This document shows, piece by piece, positions 27,761 through 37,060 of a stretch of 64,000 bases of DNA. The stretch comes from Candidatus Kuenenbacteria bacterium. Its GTDB lineage: Bacteria; Patescibacteriota; Patescibacteriia; UBA11705; JABHMO01. Position numbers and translations under genes: made by a program. Every line of letters begins with the position of its first letter. Position 1 is the stretch's first letter. The notes below the pieces were generated by a model. That model saw only the letters and a program-made list of their open reading frames with translations. It had not been told where the DNA came from and searched no databases. Location: assembly GCA_013202715.1 (NCBI GenBank), contig JABMRF010000023.1, positions 2,327-66,326 of the forward strand. Reading direction: 5' to 3'.

Positions 27761-29653
27761 TCAATTGATACCACCAGAGATCTTTGTATTAAATCCCATT
27801 TTCTTTTGATACTCGAGAGTTGCTACAATATTTCCAGCTTGCAACAGAGATTCAAAGGTGCCGGTATCGAGCCAACGACCACGAATCAGACGAACATCCA
27901 GCTCATTAATTGTCAAATATGCTTTGTGTACTTCAGTAATATCAGTTTCTGGGCGCCAGGTCGGCTTTATTCCCTTTGCAATATTAGCAACTCGACTGTC
28001 AAAAATATATATTCCTGGAATCGCATAATTACTTTTTGGCTCTTTTGGTTTTTCTTCAATCGACAGCACCTGCTTATTGATATCAAACTCAACCACTCCG
28101 AAACGCTCTGGATCCGGAACTTCAACGGCAAAAATGCGTCCACCTTTATCAAAGGATTTAATATCTTCAGTAAAATCATGATCAAAAAACAGATTATCAC
28201 CCAAAATTAAGGTTACATTATCATCACCAATAAAATTCTCACCGATAATAAATGCTTCCGGCAATCCTTTTGGCGCATCCTGAATTTCATAGGTAATTTT
28301 CACACCCCATTCTTTTCCTGAACCAAGCAATTGCAAATACTGGCCAGCATACTCCGGAGCAACAATTATCAAAATATCTTTAATCCCGGACTTAATTAGT
28401 GTTTCCAGCGGATACATGACCATTGGTTTGTTATAAATCGTCAATAGCTGCTTGCTGGTAATTTTTGTTAACGGATGCAGGCGAGTACCCTTTCCTCCTG
28501 CCAAAATAATACCTTTCATATTTTTTTGTGTGTCACTCTGCCTGCCCGCCGTAGTTTTAACGGAGGTGGGAGCGAACGAACGCGGTGAGTGAGTCGAAGA
28601 GTTAGAAACTACATTAATTTTTTGCTCGACTTGCTGAACATGTTCCACAAAAACTTTTTCAACCGGCGACTCCGGCGCAACAAGTTCTTCGTTTACAAGA
28701 GGAGCTGGGTCAACCTTTTCTTCTTCCATTCTAAACCCGTCTGACAAATGGATCTCTGGTGCTTTCTCGATTCGATCAACTTTATTTCCGCCAGGGGCGG
28801 AAACTTTTTCAACCGCCCCAATTTCATCCAAAAATGATTGGAGCGCATCTTGCCAACTTCTCATTTTTGGCAGTTTTGAATTAATTAAACTGGAAAACAT
28901 CGGTCTTTTCGCTGAGCGAGGAAATACACTACAAGCAACTGGGTTTATTTTCACAGTTTTGTTAGCTCGTTCAAAAATTTCACAAGCAAATTCACACCAG
29001 GTACAGGCGCCTTCATTTGTGACGTGATAAATCCCAGGAGCATAATCTCCTTCGACCAATAATTTGGTTTGTTCAGCCAGATCAACGACGTAGGTTGGAC
29101 TGCTCACTTCTTCGTCAACAATATCCAGCTCCTCTTTTTCATCAGCCAACTTTAACATTATTTCCACAAAACTTTTTTTTGCTCCTTCAATCAAGGCTGA
29201 TTTCCCAAACAAACGAGAAGTTCTGATTAAAAAAGTCAAATCATTATGCTCTAAAATCTCTTCGCCTAAATATTTTGATTCACCGTATTTTGAAATCGGT
29301 GCCGGCAAATCATATTCTAGATAACCTTCTTGCTTTTGACCGTCAAAAACATAGTCCGTACTGTAGTGAATTAAAAAAGCGCCAACCTTATTGGCAGCCT
29401 TGGCTAGATTAATCGGCCCTTGATGGTTAATTTTTTTTGCTAATTCAAACTTTTCTTCGCAATCATCAACTGCGTTGTAAGCTGCAGAATTAATAATTAA
29501 TTCCGGCTGTAGTTCCCTGATCTTCTGGTTAACCGCTTTTTCATCAGTTATATCTAATTCTTCCCTGTCCCAAAGCGTTAATTCATAATTACTAAATACT
29601 TTGGCTAATTCTTGACCGAGCATCCCCTTTGATCCGATGATTAACAGTTTCAT
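27761..29653 (-). CDS. rmlD-rmlA: RmlD (dTDP-4-dehydrorhamnose reductase)-RmlA (glucose-1-phosphate thymidylyltransferase) fusion
   Basis: N-terminal GSKGMLG, STDYVFDG, YGESK; C-terminal part from internal ATG 28519 MKGIILAGGKGTRLHPLT..SKQLL, LGDN, EKP, WLDTG. Confidence 0.9.
   Translation of the reverse strand: MKLLIIGSKGMLGQELAKVFSNYELTLWDREELDITDEKAVNQKIRELQPELIINSAAYNAVDDCEEKFELAKKINHQGPINLAKAANKVGAFLIHYSTDYVFDGQKQEGYLEYDLPAPISKYGESKYLGEEILEHNDLTFLIRTSRLFGKSALIEGAKKSFVEIMLKLADEKEELDIVDEEVSSPTYVVDLAEQTKLLVEGDYAPGIYHVTNEGACTWCEFACEIFERANKTVKINPVACSVFPRSAKRPMFSSLINSKLPKMRSWQDALQSFLDEIGAVEKVSAPGGNKVDRIEKAPEIHLSDGFRMEEEKVDPAPLVNEELVAPESPVEKVFVEHVQQVEQKINVVSNSSTHSPRSFAPTSVKTTAGRQSDTQKNMKGIILAGGKGTRLHPLTKITSKQLLTIYNKPMVMYPLETLIKSGIKDILIIVAPEYAGQYLQLLGSGKEWGVKITYEIQDAPKGLPEAFIIGENFIGDDNVTLILGDNLFFDHDFTEDIKSFDKGGRIFAVEVPDPERFGVVEFDINKQVLSIEEKPKEPKSNYAIPGIYIFDSRVANIAKGIKPTWRPETDITEVHKAYLTINELDVRLIRGRWLDTGTFESLLQAGNIVATLEYQKKMGFNTKISGGIN
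28531..28601. repeat. Composite REP-like element inside the rmlD-rmlA linker
   Basis: TGTCACTCTG[CCTGCCCGCCGTAGTTTTAACGGAGGTGGG]AGCGA...GAGTCGAAGAG; outer part resembles 13301-13330. Confidence 0.7.
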
Positions 29654-29791
29654 ATAGCAAATAAATTAAGAATAATCTAAATCCAGTTTAATCAAATTTA
29701 AGGCAAAAGTCAAATTCACCCTGCCAACGGCGAGAAAAAAAATGCCCCGCCTTTTGAGAAAGACGGGGACAAAGGTTCAAGGAATTAAGGA

Positions 29792-30508
29792 TCAACTGCG
29801 CACAGGCTCCCATGCATTGTCTGTTTCGCCTGAAGGACGAGGCATACGAAAGAACACGCGCCGGATGAATTTCCATCCGCGATTGAACGTAAAGGCATTT
29901 ACCATCCACCCATCACCATGCCACTCAACGTAAACCGTGCGAAGCACACCGGTATTGTCACGAACATAAAAAATATTCGGTTGCACATTCGTAAGAAGAG
30001 CCCCTTCGTCATCTTTCCCTTTCTGCAAAAGCATGAGATACCAAATCTCGGAAAGAGTAGTTTCTGCCATTTCCGCGCCACCGAGCTCTGACAGAATCTC
30101 TTCATCGTCCGCATCCCGCGTCAACGTTGAGTAGGCCAGAATCGACCCATCGAAAGAACCGACATCCATCGAGCCGAACCACGACTTGAAACTTTCACGA
30201 ACGTCGCAAATCCTCACGCGTCTACTGTACCATGGAATATCCTTCTTGAAACAATCGAGCGAGTTGAACGTCTCTTCGGTGGCAGGCACGGAGACCAACC
30301 CCACCTCCATCGGAACATGAGCAAATAATACCTTCTTCTTTTTCTCCGCTTCATCGAGCAATTCGATAAAGTTAGCCTCCGCAATCATGACCTGTAGCCA
30401 CCTGACCACATCCGCAAGCTTACGCGTTTTGGACATGATCATTTCCAGAATTGACGCTTGTTGTCCGACAAAAGTCTTGTACAGATTCTTTTCTTTGCCA
30501 CTACCCAT
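29792..30508 (-). CDS. Accessory protein with a C-terminus resembling CPR DGR-target (CLec-like) proteins
   Basis: GGAGG SD before ATG 30508; NIFYVRD..GVLRTVYVEWHGDGWMVNA...W....RVFFR; GC-richer than flanks. Confidence 0.6.
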   Translation of the reverse strand: MGSGKEKNLYKTFVGQQASILEMIMSKTRKLADVVRWLQVMIAEANFIELLDEAEKKKKVLFAHVPMEVGLVSVPATEETFNSLDCFKKDIPWYSRRVRICDVRESFKSWFGSMDVGSFDGSILAYSTLTRDADDEEILSELGGAEMAETTLSEIWYLMLLQKGKDDEGALLTNVQPNIFYVRDNTGVLRTVYVEWHGDGWMVNAFTFNRGWKFIRRVFFRMPRPSGETDNAWEPVRS

Positions 30509-30652
30509 GGCGTCCTCCATTGAAAGAGCTACAAACCCGGCGACTATGAATCGCCGTTTTCCCCACCTGCCGATATGGCAGATTATCAAGGGAAAAGATC
30601 GCTGATTATTTATAATAACAATCAAGGATCTTTCCCTTTGATTTGACTGAGA

Positions 30653-30681
30653 ACTATATCACACTCATTACCCTTTGTCAA
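30653..30681 (-). promoter_or_regulatory. sigma70 promoter TTGACA-N17-TATAGT
   Basis: Near-consensus with TG extension. Confidence 0.75.
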
Positions 30682-30777
30682 CCCCTACATCGGCGGGATC
30701 AATAGTATCGAAACACTCCCCTCTTTCTCCGTCAACGACCTCGAGCATAGCCGAGAGGTCAAACAAAAAAGCACTCA

Positions 30778-30804
30778 GTAGGAACGGTCACGACCGTCCC
30801 CTAC
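30778..30804. repeat. REP copy matching the RAYT2 intragenic REP
   Basis: GTAGGAACGGTCACGACCGTCCCCTAC vs GTAAGGAACGGTCGCGACCGTTCCTTAC. Confidence 0.8.
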
Positions 30805-30893
30805 TGAATGCTTTTTCTATATCTAAATTGTCTTTATGCTTTAATCTTTATTCTTTTGTCTTTCTTTGCTCTTTGCCCCTTGGTCCTTGCTCC

Positions 30894-31907
30894 TTATTTC
30901 CTATTGTACCACTGCTCATAATAATCTTTGTAATCCCCAGACTTAATCCTCTGCCACCAACCACCATTATTCGCATACCAATCAATTGTCTGCTTGATCC
31001 CCTGCTCAAAATTCATTTTTGGTTGCCACCCTAGCTCGGCTTGAACCTTGTGTGAACGAACTGCGTAACGCCGATCATGACCCGGGCGATCCTTTACATA
31101 TTCAATCATTTCTTCACCAAATCCCATACCCTGTAAAATTGCCATTGTTAATTCGTAATTTGATTTTTCAGAATCTCCGCCAATACAATAAGTATGACCA
31201 ATCCTTCCACCACGAATAACTAAATCAACCGCTTCGCAATGGTCATCAACGTGAATCCAATCACGAACGTTCTTGCCGTCTCCGTAAAGTGGGACTTTTT
31301 TTCCTTCCATTAGATTCGTAATGAAAAGTGGAATAACTTTTTCTGGAAATTGAAACGGGCCATAATTATTTGAGCAATTTGAAATTGTAATCGGCAAGCC
31401 ATAAGTGTGATAATATGCTCGCACCAAATGATCTGATGCGGCCTTGGAAGAAGAGTACGGACTTTTCGGGTCATATGGAGTTTCTTCATGAAATGCTTTG
31501 TTTTCATCTTCCAGTGATAGTGAACCAAAAACCTCATCTGTAGAAACATGGTGAAATCTTTTGTTCCCAAGCTGACGAGCAACTTCGAGAAGTGAATGAG
31601 TTCCAAGCACATTTGTCCGAACAAAAGAAAATGGATCCAAAACTGATCGGTCGACATGAGACTCTGCCGCGAAATGCACAATAATGTCACAATCAACAGC
31701 AATATGCGCTACCAATTCGGAATTTAAAATATCCCCCTTCACAAACTTATAGTTTGGGTGATTTTCAAAGTCTTTTAGATTTTCCAAATTACCCGCATAA
31801 GTCAAACTATCCAGATTGATAACCTGGTCCTGCGGATATTTATTCAAAACATAGCGGATAAAATTCGATCCGATAAATCCTGCTCCTCCGGTCACTAATA
31901 GTTTCAT
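30894..31907 (-). CDS. rmlB: dTDP-glucose 4,6-dehydratase
   Basis: VTGGAGFIGSNF, HFAAESHVDRS, STDEV, YSSSK, DRPGHDRRY. Confidence 0.97.
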   Translation of the reverse strand: MKLLVTGGAGFIGSNFIRYVLNKYPQDQVINLDSLTYAGNLENLKDFENHPNYKFVKGDILNSELVAHIAVDCDIIVHFAAESHVDRSVLDPFSFVRTNVLGTHSLLEVARQLGNKRFHHVSTDEVFGSLSLEDENKAFHEETPYDPKSPYSSSKAASDHLVRAYYHTYGLPITISNCSNNYGPFQFPEKVIPLFITNLMEGKKVPLYGDGKNVRDWIHVDDHCEAVDLVIRGGRIGHTYCIGGDSEKSNYELTMAILQGMGFGEEMIEYVKDRPGHDRRYAVRSHKVQAELGWQPKMNFEQGIKQTIDWYANNGGWWQRIKSGDYKDYYEQWYNRK

Positions 31908-31989
31908 ATTTTTTCTAATCATTATTCACAACTTACTAATTACAACTTACTACTTTATTTCAAATAATGCAAATCAATTTTTGACAACC

Positions 31990-32015
31990 AAAAAGCTCCC
32001 CTTAGGGAGCTTTTT
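31990..32015 (-). terminator. Intrinsic terminator
   Basis: AAAAAGCTCCC-ctta-GGGAGCTTTTT. Confidence 0.8.
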
Positions 32016-32018
32016 GTA

Positions 32019-33998
32019 TTATTCTAAATCTTCTCCTTTTTGACCTCTCACAAACTTTCGTTCAGTTGCCCTATTCTTTGTTCTATTTTTAACTTTTTTA
32101 CTTCGCCCTTTCTCTATCTTTGGCCTGAACTTTGGTGATTCATCCGGCCGTTGATCAACCTCTTGGTCAGCTGGCGCTCGATGATAGGATTTGGTTCTTG
32201 ATTTTCCTACTTTTTCAAATTTTCCTTTTGTCTTTCTGCCCTTTTTCAAAGTTTCTCTACCCATTGATTGTCGTTGCTCAGTTAATGTTCCTGATTTGGT
32301 TGATTTAATAAATTCTGGCGGTGGTGGTGGTGGTGGATCAGGTGGGTCATGAATCGAATCATCATCATCATCATCTTCTTCTTCTTCCTTGTCTTTATCG
32401 GGTGGCGGTGGAAAATCTTCTTTTTTCCCTTTCGGCGGGAATTCTCCATAATTCTGAGGATCTACAACTCCATGCTCATCAATTATGATTGCTTTGTCTT
32501 TTCGATGAGTCACAAAGGTTTCTTCTTCCGGTGTTTCATCTTTTGGAACTGATGGCAATTTAATTCCAATTTCCCCTGTTTCAAGTTCAAACTTATATCT
32601 ATCGTGGACAGGCTTTGGAGTTGGCCTTGGTACTGGGACAGGTTCTGGCTCCGGCTCCTGTTCAAGATCAAATTCAATTTCTGGCACTACAATATCTACC
32701 TCTTTTTCTTCCAATGGTGGCTCCGGCGGAATTTCCCTAACAATGTCATCAGCTTCAAAAGCAACCACAAGTGCAACATCAACCCCTCGACGACTTTCAA
32801 ATACTTGGTTAAGTAAATTTCTTTCCTCCTCTGTTAATTTTTCCAAATTCAAATGTCCACGATTATAATTTCTAATAAATGTATGTAACTGTTCATCGTT
32901 TAAGCCAAATTCTTTTTTTAATAATTCATCAACTCCGTCTTTTTCCAACCATTCTCCATCAACATCAGCACCAACCTTGTCTTCATCCCCTCTCATAATT
33001 TCAAAATCTTTTATGCCCAGTTCATCTAAAACTTCTCTCACAGTTGCTTCTCCAAGATCTCCGCGACCATGCTGCAGCTCACGGTTTTTATCAAGATTTC
33101 CCTCCGAACTACCCTTACCTGTCAACTTAACATAAACTGCTTTAATCTCTTCAACAGATTTGCCCTGTTCCTCTGCTTGCGTTCTTAGTTCTGTTCTAAA
33201 ATACTCCTTTAATGCCTCCTTTTGTTCCGGAGATATTTTTTTTGCTTCATATCTTTTTGACCAATCCACTTTTAGATCAAACTGATCCCCTTTGGAAAAT
33301 AATGTCTCAGGATTTGGCAGGGTTTCAGTTGAAGGATCATTTCCCGTCCGCATTGACTCTTGATCAATCTTCACCGTTGTTTTATTAAGTTTAACTCTTG
33401 GTTTTATTTTCAAATCTTTTCCGGCCAATGGATCAACTTCCACTGCTTCTTCTGGCTCAGCCTCTCCAATCCCCTCTTCCTTTGATACTTTTATCCCCTT
33501 TGGGTATTTGACCGTAAACTCATGACCTTCTGCCTCTTCCAGATTTTGAGCCGGTGCCTGTTCACTTGAAGATTGTTCATCTCTTTGAGTAGCCTCTACA
33601 TCTGGTATCGGAGTGACCATCAGCATTATGGCCGCCAAGGCGCCTCTTAACCACTTATTACCCGGTAAATTGGATAATGTTTTTAAAAATTTTTTAAATC
33701 CCTTAACGTCTTCTGCTGTTTTTAATTCTTTAAGACGCAATTCTTGCATTTGCTCGACAAACTTATTCGCGTCTGCTTCAGATATATTTTTTTCCCTAAA
33801 CGCTTGCCTCCACTGTTCAGGGGATAATCTCAAAGCCAGCTCCTTGTAGTCCTCAGAAGTCAATTGTTTTCCTTTTGGTAAAGTTTCAATTGGTTGCGCA
33901 CCTTCTTTGTAATACTGAGGATATTCTAAATCCAATTCCTCCTCTCCGCCTGCCGGCGCGCGATTTTCGTCAATTGATTGTTGGTCAAGATTTGCCAT
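32019..33998 (-). CDS. Large acidic/Pro-rich protein with internal hydrophobic helix and OmpA-like motif
   Basis: WLRGALAAIMLMVTP; LTGKGSSEG...NRELQHGRG...RRGV; poly-D/poly-P; basic tail. Confidence 0.6.
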   Translation of the reverse strand: MANLDQQSIDENRAPAGGEEELDLEYPQYYKEGAQPIETLPKGKQLTSEDYKELALRLSPEQWRQAFREKNISEADANKFVEQMQELRLKELKTAEDVKGFKKFLKTLSNLPGNKWLRGALAAIMLMVTPIPDVEATQRDEQSSSEQAPAQNLEEAEGHEFTVKYPKGIKVSKEEGIGEAEPEEAVEVDPLAGKDLKIKPRVKLNKTTVKIDQESMRTGNDPSTETLPNPETLFSKGDQFDLKVDWSKRYEAKKISPEQKEALKEYFRTELRTQAEEQGKSVEEIKAVYVKLTGKGSSEGNLDKNRELQHGRGDLGEATVREVLDELGIKDFEIMRGDEDKVGADVDGEWLEKDGVDELLKKEFGLNDEQLHTFIRNYNRGHLNLEKLTEEERNLLNQVFESRRGVDVALVVAFEADDIVREIPPEPPLEEKEVDIVVPEIEFDLEQEPEPEPVPVPRPTPKPVHDRYKFELETGEIGIKLPSVPKDETPEEETFVTHRKDKAIIIDEHGVVDPQNYGEFPPKGKKEDFPPPPDKDKEEEEDDDDDDSIHDPPDPPPPPPPEFIKSTKSGTLTEQRQSMGRETLKKGRKTKGKFEKVGKSRTKSYHRAPADQEVDQRPDESPKFRPKIEKGRSKKVKNRTKNRATERKFVRGQKGEDLE

Positions 33999-34021
33999 AT
34001 AAACGAATTATTACATTTTTT

Positions 34022-34228
34022 TTATTTGTTTCCTGATATCTTCCTCACTTTTTTCAATTTTTTTTCATCTTCTTTTTTTATTTTTTCTTTTTTTTTCCAA
34101 AATGAAAACTTCGTTAAAATTTCTTTCAGCCAAACAGAAGTATAAGCCTTTCCGACTGGATCTTTGATTAATTTTTCATATTCAGCCTTTTCTTCAGGTG
34201 TTGCACTAAAATCATTATTGTTTGTCAT
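34022..34228 (-). CDS. Small hypothetical protein
   Basis: 68-aa ORF packed in the operon. Confidence 0.55.
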   Translation of the reverse strand: MTNNNDFSATPEEKAEYEKLIKDPVGKAYTSVWLKEILTKFSFWKKKEKIKKEDEKKLKKVRKISGNK

Positions 34229-34230
34229 AT

Positions 34231-34779
34231 TTAACTATCTAAAAATAATTGTAATTTACAAAAACAAGCCATAGTCGGACCGTCAGTAATTTCACCGGCC
34301 TTGATCATGTTTCCCAATTGCTCAAGAGTAACTTTTTTCGTTTCCAAAAACTCATTATAATCAGGCTTAATTTCCTTGGTAGTGGGTTCAACCTCACGAG
34401 CAACATAGACATGACCACGTTGGTTGGAATAACTATTCGCCGTATAAAACTCACCAATCTTTTCCCAATTGTCCGATTGCAAACTAACCTCTTCCGCCAT
34501 TTCCCGTTTCGCAGCCGCCAGAGGGGTTTCATTTTTTTCAATATCAATTCCACCCGATGGCAGTTCCCAGGTATATTCTTTGGTAGGATATCGATATTGG
34601 CCGACTAGATAAACTTCATTATCTTTTGTAAGTGGAATAACAATGACAAAATCTGCATAATCCATTACAAAATATTTGCATTCATTTCCATCAGGCAATG
34701 CAACATCATCCTCCAATATTTTATACCAGGGATTTTCGTGAACAAGTTTACTTTTAATTGTTTTCCAGAACTTTTCCAT
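34231..34779 (-). CDS. Nudix hydrolase (ADP-ribose pyrophosphatase-like)
   Basis: QYRYP..WELPSGGID..ETPLAAAKREMAEE; GEITDG. Confidence 0.9.
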   Translation of the reverse strand: MEKFWKTIKSKLVHENPWYKILEDDVALPDGNECKYFVMDYADFVIVIPLTKDNEVYLVGQYRYPTKEYTWELPSGGIDIEKNETPLAAAKREMAEEVSLQSDNWEKIGEFYTANSYSNQRGHVYVAREVEPTTKEIKPDYNEFLETKKVTLEQLGNMIKAGEITDGPTMACFCKLQLFLDS

Positions 34780-34782
34780 ACT

Positions 34783-36555
34783 TTATTCAAACAGTAATTT
34801 CAAATTTGGATACTGCTGTCTTAACTTGTCCTGTTCAGTCACAGAAATATCTTTGCTAAAATAAATAACACCGCCGATAGATTTCGGAAGTTTTAATCCT
34901 TCTACCGAGGTAAGGCTACCAAGATCAAGATTACCGCCAATAGATTCCGGAAGTTTTAGTCCTTCTGCCGAGGTAAGGCTACCAAGAGTAAGCCAACCGC
35001 CAATAGATTCCGAAAATTTTAGTCCTTCTGCCGAGGTAAGGCTACCAAGTTCAAGATCGCCGCCAATAGACCCTGGAAGTTTTAATCCTTCTGCCGAGGT
35101 AAGGCTACTAAGCTCAAGATAGCCGCCAACAGATTCCGGAAGTTTTAGTCCGTCTACTGAGGCAAGTCGACTAAGATCAAGATCGCCACTAATAGCTTCA
35201 GGAAGTTTTAACACTTTTGCCGAGGAAAGAAGATCAAGCACAAGATCGCCGTGATGATACTTTATGTTTCCACTCAAAGCTATTGCTTTTGTTGTACTGA
35301 TTTGAAACTTTGGTATGCCAAGAATATGGGACAGATCCGCTCTCATATCCCTACCAGAAAAAATTTCACATATTCGCGGATCTTTTTCATAACCAAATCC
35401 TTCAATCTTGCCGTCAAACTCATAGAGAAAGCGGAGATCGTCCATGGATAGTTCTTCGCTAGCATTATTTTTTGCTTCCAACTCTGTCAACCGCTTCATA
35501 GCTGCTGATTTACTTTTGTATCTCTCCCCCTCCTTTCCGAATTTATTGAGCTTGTCATCTAATATATCTGTATTTGCAATATGTGGATCAAGATTTTGTT
35601 GAGCTGCCACTCCTCTTACTTCGGCAATATTTTCGCCTTCCATACGAATAGCAAGCCTAGGTATTATTGGATTACCTTGTTTATCATGAGAATAATAGAC
35701 ATAAAAGTCTCCGTTCTCGAGCTGTGCTTCTGCGGTACTTTCTCCAGCTGTACACCAACCTGTTCCATGTCCTTGGAGCGATTCTACCAATGGCATATGA
35801 TCCGCTCCCTCATTGTATTTAATCCAGTCACCCGTGGTTATCATCAGTTCGCTTTCTTCTGCTGGCGTAACTTTTTCAATTGCCCAGGCATAAAGCTTAC
35901 CAAAATTCGCGCCCTGCAACAGTTTCTTGAATTCTGGATCATCTTCTGCTAACGAGACATTTTCTTTATTAATTTTTTTTGCCATTGCATCCACAACGTA
36001 AGCCAAAGCTTCTCTATTTAGATCAGGAAATGGAGCTACTGTATCTTTTCTTCTTTTACCAAAAACTTGCTTTTCTTTGTCAAAAGTTGATAATTTTACC
36101 ATACCGGTAAAAGCCCAGTATTTTGCCCAGGTTGGAAAACTAATTGAGTCTTCTGAGGTAAAATAGTCAAGCCAATTGTCCAAGGTTGATTTCTGGTCAG
36201 CAACAATGACCTCTTCTGCCTGCCGCCGTACTTCATCAGTAATTTCAACATCACCATGTCCCAGCTCTCTCGCTAATCTTCTTTGGGTTTCATAGTAGCT
36301 GTCAGGAATATTTTCAGGTTTAATGACAAGTGATTTGTAGTAACTTTGCTTGATTCTATCCAAAACGCGTGGGTCATCTCTGTGGCCCATGTGAGTTTTT
36401 TCAATAACGCCTAGCCAGTCAGAAATTTTTTCTGCCGGTTTTTGAGATGATTTTTCACCCTTTTTCCTTTTTCTTGATTTCTCGTGTTCTACTGGAGGAG
36501 TGGTATGAAGATTGGGATTTCTTTCGTGCAAAAATTGTGGACCTTGCATACTCAT
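34783..36555 (-). CDS. Protein with PcfJ-like (GWCTA...EVRG) domain and C-terminal 21-aa leucine-rich repeats
   Basis: TGWCTAG, IAEVRG..QQN; six GxLxLxxLTSxEGLKLPxSIG repeats. Confidence 0.7.
   Translation of the reverse strand: MSMQGPQFLHERNPNLHTTPPVEHEKSRKRKKGEKSSQKPAEKISDWLGVIEKTHMGHRDDPRVLDRIKQSYYKSLVIKPENIPDSYYETQRRLARELGHGDVEITDEVRRQAEEVIVADQKSTLDNWLDYFTSEDSISFPTWAKYWAFTGMVKLSTFDKEKQVFGKRRKDTVAPFPDLNREALAYVVDAMAKKINKENVSLAEDDPEFKKLLQGANFGKLYAWAIEKVTPAEESELMITTGDWIKYNEGADHMPLVESLQGHGTGWCTAGESTAEAQLENGDFYVYYSHDKQGNPIIPRLAIRMEGENIAEVRGVAAQQNLDPHIANTDILDDKLNKFGKEGERYKSKSAAMKRLTELEAKNNASEELSMDDLRFLYEFDGKIEGFGYEKDPRICEIFSGRDMRADLSHILGIPKFQISTTKAIALSGNIKYHHGDLVLDLLSSAKVLKLPEAISGDLDLSRLASVDGLKLPESVGGYLELSSLTSAEGLKLPGSIGGDLELGSLTSAEGLKFSESIGGWLTLGSLTSAEGLKLPESIGGNLDLGSLTSVEGLKLPKSIGGVIYFSKDISVTEQDKLRQQYPNLKLLFE
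34873..35250 (-). repeat. 6 x 63-bp coding tandem repeat (LRR-like)
   Basis: 63-nt period, e.g. units starting at 34870, 34933, 34996. Confidence 0.9.
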
Positions 36556-36571
36556 ATATGTGTTATCTTAT

Positions 36572-36994
36572 TTATTTCAAAATTTTTCTTATTTTCTCTG
36601 CCACTTGCTCAATCTCCCCGTCTTGATACGGCTCCCCTACAAAATGCTCATGCCCATCATCCTCTTTCCTTGGAATAATATGAAAATGTAAATGAGGAAC
36701 TAACTGACCTGCAACTGAGCCATTATTTACAAGTAAATTAAAGCCTTTATAATCCAAAGACTCACAAACTCCTTTTGCTATTTTTGGAATAATGCTGATC
36801 AGAGTCCGCAAATCTTCACCGGACGTATCCAATAAGTTTTCAGAATGATTTTTGGAAATGACCAAGGTGTGGCCAGAATTATCAGGATTGATCTCTAAAA
36901 AAGCAAGAACATCTTTATCCTCGTAAACTTTATGCGCTGGAATTTCTCCATTTACAATTTTACAAAACAAGCAATCGGTCATATATATAGTCAA
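36572..36994 (-). CDS. HIT-family nucleotide hydrolase
   Basis: DCLFCKI, GHTLVI, HLHFHIIPR. Confidence 0.95.
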   Translation of the reverse strand: MTIYMTDCLFCKIVNGEIPAHKVYEDKDVLAFLEINPDNSGHTLVISKNHSENLLDTSGEDLRTLISIIPKIAKGVCESLDYKGFNLLVNNGSVAGQLVPHLHFHIIPRKEDDGHEHFVGEPYQDGEIEQVAEKIRKILK

Positions 36995-37060
36995 AAGTTT
37001 TAAGTCAATAGTCTAGAGTTGCTTACAACTTTTGACTTTTGACTTTTGACTCTAGACTTG

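Noticed and set aside
34873-35250. Possible CRISPR array
   Set aside because: Contiguous 63-bp in-frame coding repeats with no unique spacers and no cas genes.
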